DNA from: Verrucomicrobiota bacterium
GTDB lineage: Bacteria > Verrucomicrobiota > Verrucomicrobiia > Opitutales > Cerasicoccaceae
DNA: 64,000 bases
Assembly: GCA_039818205.1 (NCBI GenBank)
Contig: JBCBUK010000017.1
Location: 19,227 to 83,226, forward strand
Direction of reading: 5' to 3'
How positions within the stretch are numbered: the first letter of the stretch is position 1; the number at the start of each line of letters is the position of its first letter. Both the position numbers and the translations under genes were made by a program. Shown one piece after another: positions 9,802 to 18,584 of this stretch. Below the pieces are notes generated by a model that had not been told where the DNA came from, made no database searches, and saw nothing but the letters and a program-made list of their open reading frames with translations.

Positions 9802-10470
9802 ATGAAAGTACTAGCCGTTGAAGATGAAAGAAAAATTGCCAACTTCATCCGCCAGGGATTGGTTGCTGAAGGGCATAACGTCGAGGTCGCCCATACTGGA
9901 AAGGAAGGCCTCTCTCGGGCAAAGGAGCAGCAATTTGATGCTGTTGTATTGGATATCATGTTGCCGGAGATGGACGGGTTGGAAGTCTTGCGCCAGATGC
10001 GCAAAGACGGCCTGAACATGCCGGTAATATTAGTTACCGCACGCGGCCAAGTCGATGATCGGGTAGATGGGCTCCGGCTGGGAGCAGACGATTATCTCGT
10101 GAAACCCTTTTACGTTGAGGAGTTGGCGGCGCGTCTCTTGGCAGTATGTCGCCGAACCGCGGGTGAGCACCTCAACCTTAGGCAGCATGGCGAATTGACA
10201 CTCAATCTGGCCACGCGTGAAGTGCGTTGGCGGGACCAGCAGATCGAGCTGACTTCACGTGAGTTCAATATGCTTGAATATTTTATGCGCTCACCGGGTC
10301 GGGTCTATACGCGACCACAGATATTGGAGCATGTCTGGCAATACCACTTTGACCCCGGGACGAATCTCGTCGACGTCTACATCAAACGTTTGCGTCGCAA
10401 GCTGACGGATGAGGGGGCTCCGGCGAGCATAGAAACCGTTCGTGGCGTTGGTTATCGTATTGCTGCATGA
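9802..10470 (+). CDS. OmpR/PhoB-family response regulator (CusR/CzcR-like)
   Basis: MKVLAVEDE, LDIMLP, GADDYLVKPF, FDPGTNLVDVYIKRLR, ETVRGVGY. Confidence 0.93.
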   Translation: MKVLAVEDERKIANFIRQGLVAEGHNVEVAHTGKEGLSRAKEQQFDAVVLDIMLPEMDGLEVLRQMRKDGLNMPVILVTARGQVDDRVDGLRLGADDYLVKPFYVEELAARLLAVCRRTAGEHLNLRQHGELTLNLATREVRWRDQQIELTSREFNMLEYFMRSPGRVYTRPQILEHVWQYHFDPGTNLVDVYIKRLRRKLTDEGAPASIETVRGVGYRIAA

Positions 10471-10501
10471 GCCGAGCAACTTATCCCGTTAACTCGGAGC
10501 A

Positions 10502-11959
10502 GTGGCAATGATGCGTTGGTTCGGTTCATTTCGTGCTCGAGTGGCGATCTTTAGCGCGCTGCTGATTTGCCTTATCGTATTTGGCCTGGCGATGTCATTG
10601 CGACTCGTGATGCGGGACTTGTTAGTGACCAGTCTCGACCAACACATCCGCGCGCAAGCGGATCACTATTCAGATGTTCGTCATTTCTTGAGCATCGATC
10701 CTTACCAATTGTCGAGCGATCCCTTGCCGTCGGTTCCATCCGCCGAGATCCCGGTAACATTCCTTGCCTACGATTCCGATGGCGTCTTGCTGTTAAATCG
10801 TCGAGTCCCGGCCCATTTATCATCCAGTTTGATTTGGGAAGACATCGATCGTGAGCTCGGAACACGGGCCTTCGATGCCTATCGGTGCATTGACTTTGAT
10901 AGCCCGAAGGGTAGCTGGCGCTTTGTGATTAGTCGGGATGGCGAAACAACCTTTGTCTGGGGGCGCCCGCAGCGAACGGTGGAGCTTGCTATGGGCAAGC
11001 TGGATCGTGCCTTTTGGTTCCTGCTTCCACTAGCGCTTATAACGGCAGCTTGGGGTGGGTGGGAGATCGGTCGTCGGACGCTGCGCCCAGTCTCGAACTT
11101 GGCTAAGCAGATGCGTGAGATCGATGCCGCTGGTCTTGATAAACGTCTCGATGAGTCGGGGGCTGCGATGGAGATTCGAGAGCTTATCCGAAACCACAAT
11201 CGCATGCTCGACCGCTTGGAACGTCAGTTCCACCAGGCGTCACGGTTTAGTGGCGATGCGGCACATGAGCTCAACACGCCATTGACCGTCATGCAAAGTG
11301 AGGTCGAAGCCCGCTTACGCTCCGAGGATGCTTCGCCCTCCGACCTGCGCTTGTGCGAAAGTATTTTGACCGAGATTATGCGCCTGAAATCGATGGCGCA
11401 AAAGCTATTACTCCTGGCCCAGAGCGACACTGGTAATCTTTCGACGTCATTGGTTCGATTCGATTTCGCAACACTCGTTGAAGACCTCTGGGAAGATATT
11501 CCCTTGATTAAGCCGGACCTGATCTGTGAATCCGATTTGATCTGGGATGTCTACATTGATGCGGATCCCGATTTGCTTCGACTCCTTGTTCAGAATCTTC
11601 TGACGAATGCGATTCGATACTGTCGACCAGATGGCTCCGTTAAAGTCGTGCTGAGGGTTATCGCTGGCTACGCGGAGCTTACGGTTTCCAATACTGCCGA
11701 TCCAATCCCTGAACCGCAATCAGTCTACCTTTTTGATCGTTTCTATCGGACGGAAGAGGCGCGTGCGAATGCCGACGGTAGTGGGTTGGGGCTCAGTCTC
11801 GCCCAAGAAATTGCAGTTGCCCATCAAGGTGATCTGACGCTTTGCCGAAATGATTCCGGAGTGGTGGCGTTTCGGTATCGTCATCCCGTGGTGCCAAAGC
11901 CTAGATACAACGAACGACGATCGCTTTCGCTTCCGGAGGTGGGATGTTCCAACCACTGA
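10502..11959 (+). CDS. Sensor histidine kinase (CusS-like, HAMP domain)
   Basis: Two TM segments; H-box DAAHELNTPL, N-box NLLTNAIRY, FDRFYR, GSGLGL. Confidence 0.92.
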   Translation: MAMMRWFGSFRARVAIFSALLICLIVFGLAMSLRLVMRDLLVTSLDQHIRAQADHYSDVRHFLSIDPYQLSSDPLPSVPSAEIPVTFLAYDSDGVLLLNRRVPAHLSSSLIWEDIDRELGTRAFDAYRCIDFDSPKGSWRFVISRDGETTFVWGRPQRTVELAMGKLDRAFWFLLPLALITAAWGGWEIGRRTLRPVSNLAKQMREIDAAGLDKRLDESGAAMEIRELIRNHNRMLDRLERQFHQASRFSGDAAHELNTPLTVMQSEVEARLRSEDASPSDLRLCESILTEIMRLKSMAQKLLLLAQSDTGNLSTSLVRFDFATLVEDLWEDIPLIKPDLICESDLIWDVYIDADPDLLRLLVQNLLTNAIRYCRPDGSVKVVLRVIAGYAELTVSNTADPIPEPQSVYLFDRFYRTEEARANADGSGLGLSLAQEIAVAHQGDLTLCRNDSGVVAFRYRHPVVPKPRYNERRSLSLPEVGCSNH

Positions 11960-12009
11960 TGGTTGAAAGTACAGCTTGCCTTGCTCGTGGTTGACTCCAC
12001 GATTGCGCT

Positions 12010-12897
12010 ATGCCGTTACTCAATATCTCTCCCAAAGAAACTACCATCGGTTTTGTTGGCACTGGCGTCATGGGCCGAAGTATGGCGGGACATTTGCAGG
12101 CCGCCGGCTATCGCATCGCGGTCTATACGCGAACGCCTGCCAAAGCGCAAAGCCTGCTCGACGCGGGTGCCGTATGGAAGGAATCCATTGCGGATCTCGC
12201 TCGGGATACCCAGGTGATCATTACGATGGTTGGCTATCCGGTAGACGTTGAGGAAATATATCTGGGCGAGGGTGGAATGCTCGCAGCTGCGGCACCGGGA
12301 ACGGTTTTCGTGGATATGACGTCTTCGCGTCCTGACCTTGCACAACGAATTGAGTCAGAGGCAAAAGCACAGGGCTTACATGCGTTGGATGCTCCAGTAT
12401 CGGGCGGTGATATCGGTGCGCGGGATGCAACGCTATCGATTATGGTTGGTGGCGAAGAAGCTATTTTTAATCAGCTTCGTCCGTTATTGGAAATGATGGG
12501 CAAGAACGTTGTCTATCAAGGTGGGGCCGGCAGTGGCCAGCACACGAAGATCTGCAACCAGATTGCGGGTGCTGCTAGCGTGATCGGGGTTTGTGAGTCG
12601 ATGGCCTATGCGAAAAAGTCAGGACTGGACCCCGAGACCGTATTGCAGTCGATTTCCTCGGGCGCTGCAGGCAGTTGGAGCCTAACAAACTTGGCTCCGC
12701 GGGTCTTGCAAGATGACTTTGCGGCGGGTTTCTATATGAAACACTTCGTCAAGGATCTGAAGATTGCGGTAGAGAGTGCCGAAGCAATTGGCCTGAATAT
12801 TCCGGGGACTAAACTTGCCAAAGAGCTCTACGAAAAGTTAGAGGCCGACGGTTACGGCGATCTAGGAACTCAGGCGCTCTTCAAATACTATCATTGA
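12010..12897 (+). CDS. NAD(P)-dependent beta-hydroxyacid dehydrogenase (3-hydroxyisobutyrate dehydrogenase/tartronate semialdehyde reductase family)
   Basis: IGFVGTGVMG, LDAPVSGGD, GQHTKICNQ, KDL. Confidence 0.92.
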   Translation: MPLLNISPKETTIGFVGTGVMGRSMAGHLQAAGYRIAVYTRTPAKAQSLLDAGAVWKESIADLARDTQVIITMVGYPVDVEEIYLGEGGMLAAAAPGTVFVDMTSSRPDLAQRIESEAKAQGLHALDAPVSGGDIGARDATLSIMVGGEEAIFNQLRPLLEMMGKNVVYQGGAGSGQHTKICNQIAGAASVIGVCESMAYAKKSGLDPETVLQSISSGAAGSWSLTNLAPRVLQDDFAAGFYMKHFVKDLKIAVESAEAIGLNIPGTKLAKELYEKLEADGYGDLGTQALFKYYH

Positions 12898-12905
12898 AGC
12901 TGGAC

Positions 12906-14063
12906 CTACTGCGAAAATATGTCGAAGACCTTTTTGTAGAGCAGCTTTTTTCCGTCGGCGATTGAACGTTCCCGCGTGTAATTTTCAGGCGCGATCGTAT
13001 TGGCAGTTGTCTTGGGTGGTAGCTCCAAACCGCTTTCGACGATTCCTGCCATCACCTTTGCGGGCTTGCCCTGTCTTGATGCCTCCTTGAGGATCGAGCC
13101 CGGTCCTTTTCCTTGCAAAGAACTTGCGTCAAAACGGCCTTCGCCGGTTACGATTAGGTCGGCCGCGGCAATCTTCTTCTTCAGATCCAGCCACTTCTCA
13201 ACGAGGTCAAATCCGGGAATCAGCTGGGCGTCACAGGCCACGCTAAGGCCAAATGTAATTCCGCCCGCGGCGCCCGCACCGGGTTGCATCATTTCGGTGC
13301 GTTCTTTACCGAAGAAGCTGCAAAGCTGTTTTGCCATCTCACCAAATCCTTTTTCAAATTTGGAAATTTCGAGGGGCGTAAGGCCCTTCTGCGGGCCATA
13401 AACATTAACGGCTCCATTCGGTCCGAGCAGTGGATTCTGAACGTCGCAGGCTATGTGAATCGGCGGGATATGCGGCCAAATTTCTCCTCTCATGCGGGTC
13501 ACCCGTGGCCAGTCGCGGGGCAGGGTGTGGTCCAGCGTGTCAAGACGCTCATCAAGTAGCTCTAAGCCAATCGCTTCAAGCGCACCGAGACCGAGGTCGA
13601 TCGTGGCACTACCACCGACACCGAGCAAGATGGCATTTGCTCCGGCATCAGCCGCTTCTGCGATGAGCTGGCCCGTTCCATAGGAGGTCGCTATCGAGGG
13701 ATCACGCGCTTCTTCTGGAATCGATTGTAGGCCGCTTGCTTGGGCCATTTCAATGATTGCTAGGCGCCCAAAAGAAGGTAGTCCGAGCATCTTGCGGGCA
13801 GCGTCGGGCACCTTGGCAGTGTCTACGTATCCCATTTCCGCCTGCAATGGCTCCAGCTGCGGTCCGATGATTGGTTTGCTAATTATCTCGCCGTAGAGAG
13901 CACGCGTCAAGATACGGCAGAAGCCTTCGCCGCCGTCCGCTAACGGAGCCACGGTAACTTCCCAGCTCGGATGCGCCTTCCGCAGAGCTTCTTGCGCAAC
14001 GGCACACGCCTCGAAGGCGTTCATCGAGTCCTTAAATTTGTCAAATGCGAACAGAATATGCAT
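12906..14063 (-). CDS. Glycerate kinase (GlxK/GarK family)
   Basis: AFDKFKDS, PLADGGEG, GVGGSAT, GPQKG, GAGAAGG, TGEGRFD. Confidence 0.93.
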   Translation of the reverse strand: MHILFAFDKFKDSMNAFEACAVAQEALRKAHPSWEVTVAPLADGGEGFCRILTRALYGEIISKPIIGPQLEPLQAEMGYVDTAKVPDAARKMLGLPSFGRLAIIEMAQASGLQSIPEEARDPSIATSYGTGQLIAEAADAGANAILLGVGGSATIDLGLGALEAIGLELLDERLDTLDHTLPRDWPRVTRMRGEIWPHIPPIHIACDVQNPLLGPNGAVNVYGPQKGLTPLEISKFEKGFGEMAKQLCSFFGKERTEMMQPGAGAAGGITFGLSVACDAQLIPGFDLVEKWLDLKKKIAAADLIVTGEGRFDASSLQGKGPGSILKEASRQGKPAKVMAGIVESGLELPPKTTANTIAPENYTRERSIADGKKLLYKKVFDIFSQ

Positions 14064-14154
14064 GTTCTCGGGTCAAATACATCACCTGCTCTTCGCGCAG
14101 CAGATACGTGGTTCAACGCTGCTAAGTGAAGAAGGTCGCAGGGTAAGTGCAAGT

Positions 14155-15231
14155 TTAGTCTTCTTCTTTATCGCCAAAGAGAATGTTTTCGCTTTGAGCA
14201 AGAAATTGCTCTCTGGCTTTGATGAGCTTTTCGGTTCTAGCCAGGGACTTCTCCCGGGTTGCAAGTTCCTCTTCTTTCTCACGCATTTGGGCACGCATCT
14301 GCTCCAATTCGGCCAATTCTTCGGGGGACGGACCGGCGCCGCCGCCACCTCCGCCTCCGCCGCCACCTTGCTTCTGGATGTCTTCACGCATCTGCTCGAG
14401 CTCGGTTTCGATTTCTTGGAGTCGTTGGCCTTTTTCAAAAAGACTTTCCTCACTTTCCTGGAGAAATAGTTCCCGCTCTTGGATGCTGGTCTCCATGGTT
14501 TGGAGCTCCATTTCTTTATTTTCAAGTTCTTCCTTTAAGCGCTGGAGTTCGGCTTGAGCCTCCGCGGAGAGTCCGCCGCCAGATTGATCTTTCTCAGCAC
14601 TCTTGAGGGCTTCCATGCGCTCCTTCATGACCGTTTCCATGGTCTTCATCGCGCCTTCCTTGATTTCGAGCTCCGTCAATTTTTGTTTGAGGTTCTTCTC
14701 CCTTGCTTTGCGTCCCTCCAGTTCGTCCCGAACCACCTGCAGTTCAGCGTTCAAAGCCTCATTTCTCGCCTTGGCGTCCTCAAAGGAAGCCATGACGGTC
14801 TGCAAGCGTTCAAGCTCCTCAAGTAACTCTGGATTATTGCCGTTGGCGGTCGCGGTTTGTAGTCGGAGCTGGCGCTCCTCGATGCCTTTTTGGACAATGG
14901 CAATGAGCTCGTCCTCATCATAGGGCTTCTCAATGAAGTCGTAAGCGCCCAACCGAAGCGCTTTCAGGACAAAGTCGCGGGATTCGGCGGCGGTCATCAT
15001 CACGACGACGACCCGCGTATCCATGCTTTTGAGGTTAGCGAACAGCTCGAGGCCCGTCATCCCGGGCATCTCAATGTCGGAAAGAACCAGATCGATCTGG
15101 TTCTCTGCAAAAAGAGTTATCGCGTCTTCTCCCGAAAGGGCGTGCACCAACTCAATCCCGGTATCTTCGAAAACCAGATCGAGCATTTCGTGGACGCCTT
15201 CGATGTCGTCAACTATGAGGACTTTTGCCAT
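14155..15231 (-). CDS. Response regulator receiver fused to a long coiled coil
   Basis: KVLIVDD, SDIEMPG, GAYDFIEKP, then E/K/Q/L-rich heptads interrupted by a Gly10 linker. Confidence 0.85.
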   Translation of the reverse strand: MAKVLIVDDIEGVHEMLDLVFEDTGIELVHALSGEDAITLFAENQIDLVLSDIEMPGMTGLELFANLKSMDTRVVVVMMTAAESRDFVLKALRLGAYDFIEKPYDEDELIAIVQKGIEERQLRLQTATANGNNPELLEELERLQTVMASFEDAKARNEALNAELQVVRDELEGRKAREKNLKQKLTELEIKEGAMKTMETVMKERMEALKSAEKDQSGGGLSAEAQAELQRLKEELENKEMELQTMETSIQERELFLQESEESLFEKGQRLQEIETELEQMREDIQKQGGGGGGGGGGAGPSPEELAELEQMRAQMREKEEELATREKSLARTEKLIKAREQFLAQSENILFGDKEED

Positions 15232-15423
15232 TATATTTAGAGCGTGTCTGTTACCATAGAAAATAGAGGCCTGCTACGGCAAGCGTTATGATACCCTACT
15301 GCTTCGTAAGCCCTTGCCACCTAATTCTTACCGAAGTGGGGTCAGATTCAATTAGTGTGAAGGATTCGGCAGCGCTTAATGATAATGTGATATATATTTA
15401 GGTAACTCAAATTAAGCAAATTT

Positions 15424-15819
15424 ATGAAAATTTTACGATCTTTTACACTAATTGTCGCCTTTCTCGTGTTTTCTACGGCTCTATGTGCTCAATCGGGCCG
15501 GATTGCCACCCATACTCAAATCTTTGAGAAATTGGACTCAACTAAGGTTCCGAGTTTGAAATTAAAGAAGGTCCCGCTTTCAAAGGTGATTGATTTACTC
15601 AACGAACAATCCCTTGAGCTCGATCCAGGACCCGTTGTTACCGGCGTCACTTTCATCAACTTAGATCAGGAGAAAGGTGACCCGTTGGTAAGTATTACCC
15701 TGCGTAACAGCAGTTTACGGAACGCTGTCGACCTGACTACTCGGAGTATCGGTTACACCTGGGACCTGAAAGACGGCGCCGTCATTATTTTTGAGGAAAA
15801 AGAAAAAGTGCAGCGCTAG
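15424..15819 (+). CDS. Secreted protein, STN/secretin-N-like single domain
   Basis: Signal peptide; pattern LSKVIDLL..QSLELDP...GV...VSITLRNSSL..AVD....GYTW....GAVII. Confidence 0.6.
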   Translation: MKILRSFTLIVAFLVFSTALCAQSGRIATHTQIFEKLDSTKVPSLKLKKVPLSKVIDLLNEQSLELDPGPVVTGVTFINLDQEKGDPLVSITLRNSSLRNAVDLTTRSIGYTWDLKDGAVIIFEEKEKVQR

Positions 15820-15924
15820 ATCGCGGAGATTGGCTCAAGCGCCGTCTCAGGGGGGCGAGTCGAGTTCGTGGACAAAAATCGTCTTTGCCTTTTAGAAGAA
15901 TTTCCGAGGCAATATCTGCGTCCT

Positions 15925-17004
15925 ATGCGCCTGCTGCAATTGAACGTCGAAAACTTCCGAAATATAGCCTTTGCCTCCGTCGACCTTGGAGCGGAAAGCA
16001 CGTTTCTGCTCGGATCGAATGGCCAGGGGAAAAGTAATTTGCTGGAGGCGGCGGGACTGATTACGGCCGTACGGTCATTCCGGACGACGGAGACTCGAGC
16101 AATGATTCGGCAGGGGGAAGCCCAAGGGCGGCTCCTTTACCACGTAAAGCACGAGCAACGAGGGGAGTGCGAGGTCGAGTTGGCGCTAGCAAGTGGGTCG
16201 AAGACCATCATGCTGGATCAAGAGACGATTGGCCGACTTGCCGATTTCATTGGGCTCTTTCCGGCGATTCCGCTCAGTTCGGAAGATATTCAGTTGCTTC
16301 GGGGCTCGCCGAGCCTGAGACGCCGTGCCCTGGATCTCATGCTCGCAGCCACGGATCCAGAATATTTCCGGACGCTTTCGCGGTATCATCAAGCGCTCAA
16401 GGATCGCAATAAGCTCCTGAAAGACTCAGCTCCTGCGGAAAATCGGCGACCTTTTGAGCGACTGTTGGCCGCCGAGGCCGTAAAGTTAAACCGTGCTCGG
16501 CAGATTGGTATTCAGCAGGTGTCTGAGGCCTTGGTAGAATGCTACCAGGTTCTGTGCGGAATCGACGAGCAACCGGCGCTCCACTACAAAATGGACAGTC
16601 CGGCCGAAGATGAAACGGCTTACTTGGCGATGCTGGTGCAAAACAGTCCACGAGACGAGGCGATTGGATCAACCCAGCGTGGACCGCATCGGGACGATCT
16701 CGTTTTTCGATTGAAGGGAAAGCCTGCGCGTGAGTATGCATCCGACGGCCAGCAACGTGGTTTGGTTGTCGCATTTCGTTTGGCGCAACTACGGTATTTT
16801 CAAAGCTGCACCCAGATAGCGCCGGTGGTGTTGGCCGATGATGTTCTTGGCGAGCTTGATCCAAAGCGACGCGACGGGTTCTGGCAGGCGGTTGGCAATG
16901 ATTTGCAAGTCATCGCCACTGGCACCGAGCCACCCGTTGGCGATGCGCGCCAATGGCGGATTATCAAGGTTGAATCCGGTACCTTCGAGCCCCTTGCCCG
17001 GTAA
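15925..17004 (+). CDS. recF: DNA replication/repair protein RecF
   Basis: NFRN, GSNGQGKSNLLEA, RSFRT, GPHRDDL, SDGQQR, DDVLGELD. Confidence 0.95.
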   Translation: MRLLQLNVENFRNIAFASVDLGAESTFLLGSNGQGKSNLLEAAGLITAVRSFRTTETRAMIRQGEAQGRLLYHVKHEQRGECEVELALASGSKTIMLDQETIGRLADFIGLFPAIPLSSEDIQLLRGSPSLRRRALDLMLAATDPEYFRTLSRYHQALKDRNKLLKDSAPAENRRPFERLLAAEAVKLNRARQIGIQQVSEALVECYQVLCGIDEQPALHYKMDSPAEDETAYLAMLVQNSPRDEAIGSTQRGPHRDDLVFRLKGKPAREYASDGQQRGLVVAFRLAQLRYFQSCTQIAPVVLADDVLGELDPKRRDGFWQAVGNDLQVIATGTEPPVGDARQWRIIKVESGTFEPLAR

Positions 17005-17759
17005 TGGATTGGCTGGGCTTAACGGCTGGTGATTGGGCATTCGCCCTGCTTGGAGCCCTGATGGTGGGGCTGGGTAAAGGCGGGCTTCCCGGCGCTGGTA
17101 ACGTCACCATTTGGATTTTTGCGGAAATTTTCGGCGCTAAAGAGTCGGTGGGAATTCTGCTTCCTGTGCTTGTTTGCGCAGATACGGTGGCAATCGTTAT
17201 CTACCGACGCCATGCTGATTGGAGTCTGGTTCGACGACTATTTCCGATCATGGGCATCGGAGTGATCTGCGGGTGGCTGCTTTTTGATGTCATCCCGGCC
17301 GCCGAGTTCTCTCTGGTGATGGGGTTTACGCTATTGCTGATGACACTTCTGCACTTTACCCGCCAGTGGATGTTGCGTAAGAAACAGGGGGATGATCCCG
17401 TGCCCCGTAGCCGTTGGTTTATTTGGTTCACGGGACTCGCCGGCGGGCTAGCAACGATGCTGGCGAACGCGGCTGGACCGATTGCTGCCTTTTACCTCAT
17501 GGCGGTGCGTTTGCCGAAATTTGCCTTCATTGGAACGTCGGCCTGGCTCTTCTTTTTAATCAACCTGTTTAAGATGCCTTTTCAGGCAGCTTCGAGCAAT
17601 GTCACGCTTCATACGCTCAAGATCAGCCTGCTATTGGGCCTTGCGGCAGCGCTTGGTTGCATGGTTGCGCCGCGCATCGTAAAACACATTCCTCAGAAGC
17701 AATTTGAGTGGCTAGTCTGGGCGGTAATTGTCTTCGCTGGAGTGCGCCTGATTTTTTAA
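17004..17759 (+). CDS. Sulfite exporter TauE/SafE (TSUP) family membrane protein
   Basis: Multi-TM; GLGKGGLPG, SVGILLP, TMLANAAGP, FIGT.AW.F..INLFK.P. Confidence 0.88.
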   Translation: MDWLGLTAGDWAFALLGALMVGLGKGGLPGAGNVTIWIFAEIFGAKESVGILLPVLVCADTVAIVIYRRHADWSLVRRLFPIMGIGVICGWLLFDVIPAAEFSLVMGFTLLLMTLLHFTRQWMLRKKQGDDPVPRSRWFIWFTGLAGGLATMLANAAGPIAAFYLMAVRLPKFAFIGTSAWLFFLINLFKMPFQAASSNVTLHTLKISLLLGLAAALGCMVAPRIVKHIPQKQFEWLVWAVIVFAGVRLIF

Positions 17760-17779
17760 AAAAATCTCATTATCTGCGC

Positions 17780-17807
17780 TTGACGAAGCGCATCCTAACT
17801 GTAGGGT
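17780..17807 (+). promoter_or_regulatory. Candidate sigma70 promoter of tRNA-Gln
   Basis: TTGACG-N16-TAGGGT, 14 bp upstream of the tRNA. Confidence 0.4.
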
Positions 17808-17821
17808 TACGCGCTTCCGTT

Positions 17822-17895
17822 AGGCCCATGGTGTAATGGTAGCACAGAGGTTTTTGGTACCTTTAGTTGGGGTTCGAGTCCCTGTGGGCCTGCCA
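17822..17895 (+). tRNA. tRNA-Gln(UUG)
   Basis: Acceptor stem AGGCCCA/TGGGCCT; anticodon arm GAGGT-TTTTGGT-ACCTT; GGTTCGAGTCC T-arm; encoded CCA. Confidence 0.95.
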
Positions 17896-17902
17896 ATTTT
17901 AT

Positions 17903-17938
17903 AAAAAATCCAGCGCTTTCCGGCGGCTGGATTTTTTT
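17903..17938. terminator. Bidirectional terminator between tRNA-Gln and the CYTH gene
   Basis: AAAAAATCCAGC...GCTGGATTTTTT hairpin with an A run and a T run on its flanks. Confidence 0.75.
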
Positions 17939-18437
17939 ATACCGAGGTTAGTCCGTCTGACTTTTCCTCAGCGCTCCACTGCGAAAATGGGCGCTGGGCG
18001 AGCGCGGCATTCGTGTATTTTGGATCTTGGGTGACTTCTATGCTGACCCATGATGGTAATTCGACGCTCTCGCCTTCGGAATCCAGCTCGACTTCAGCTA
18101 CAATGAGGCCCTCATTGTCTCCCGTGAAGATATCGACCTCCCAAACATGGCTTCCATGTTGGATCAGGTGGCGGGTCTTTTCGATCAGTGGTTGTCGACA
18201 TAGCTTGGCAAGGATCTCTCGGCCATCGTCGATGGGGATCGGATACTCAAACTCCGAACGGCTCATGCCCTGGGTTGGGCCTTTAATCGTCAAAAAACAG
18301 TCGTTCTCTCCGGTGATCCGGATCCGCACCACAGGGCCACTAGAATCAATATAGCCCTGGCTCATCGTCGTGTGCGATCCACTACTGGGTAATCGTTCAG
18401 GCTTCACGAGAAACTTACGTTCGATTTCGACGGGCAT
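17937..18437 (-). CDS. CYTH domain protein
   Basis: EIERKFLV, QGY, VRIR, LTIKG, EFEYPIP, WEVD, VAEVEL. Confidence 0.93.
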   Translation of the reverse strand: MPVEIERKFLVKPERLPSSGSHTTMSQGYIDSSGPVVRIRITGENDCFLTIKGPTQGMSRSEFEYPIPIDDGREILAKLCRQPLIEKTRHLIQHGSHVWEVDIFTGDNEGLIVAEVELDSEGESVELPSWVSIEVTQDPKYTNAALAQRPFSQWSAEEKSDGLTSV

Positions 18438-18584
18438 GCTTAAAACGACAGTTATCGGTTGAGTATTGGCAGGCGAATATCCCTCAAAATTATTCAGGAA
18501 TAACCCCGAGATTCAACGCTCTAATTTTCGATCCAATACCCCGATGCGAGAACACACTCGTGCAACCATCGAATTTTTTCGAAA

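Noticed and set aside
14082..14525. Lys/Ser-rich 147-aa ORF as an overlapping gene
   Set aside because: Alternative-frame shadow of the Glu-rich coiled-coil gene.
15372..15410. dif site
   Set aside because: AT-rich resemblance only; the ATAA-to-TTA spacing is about 13 bp rather than 6 and the XerD arm matches poorly.
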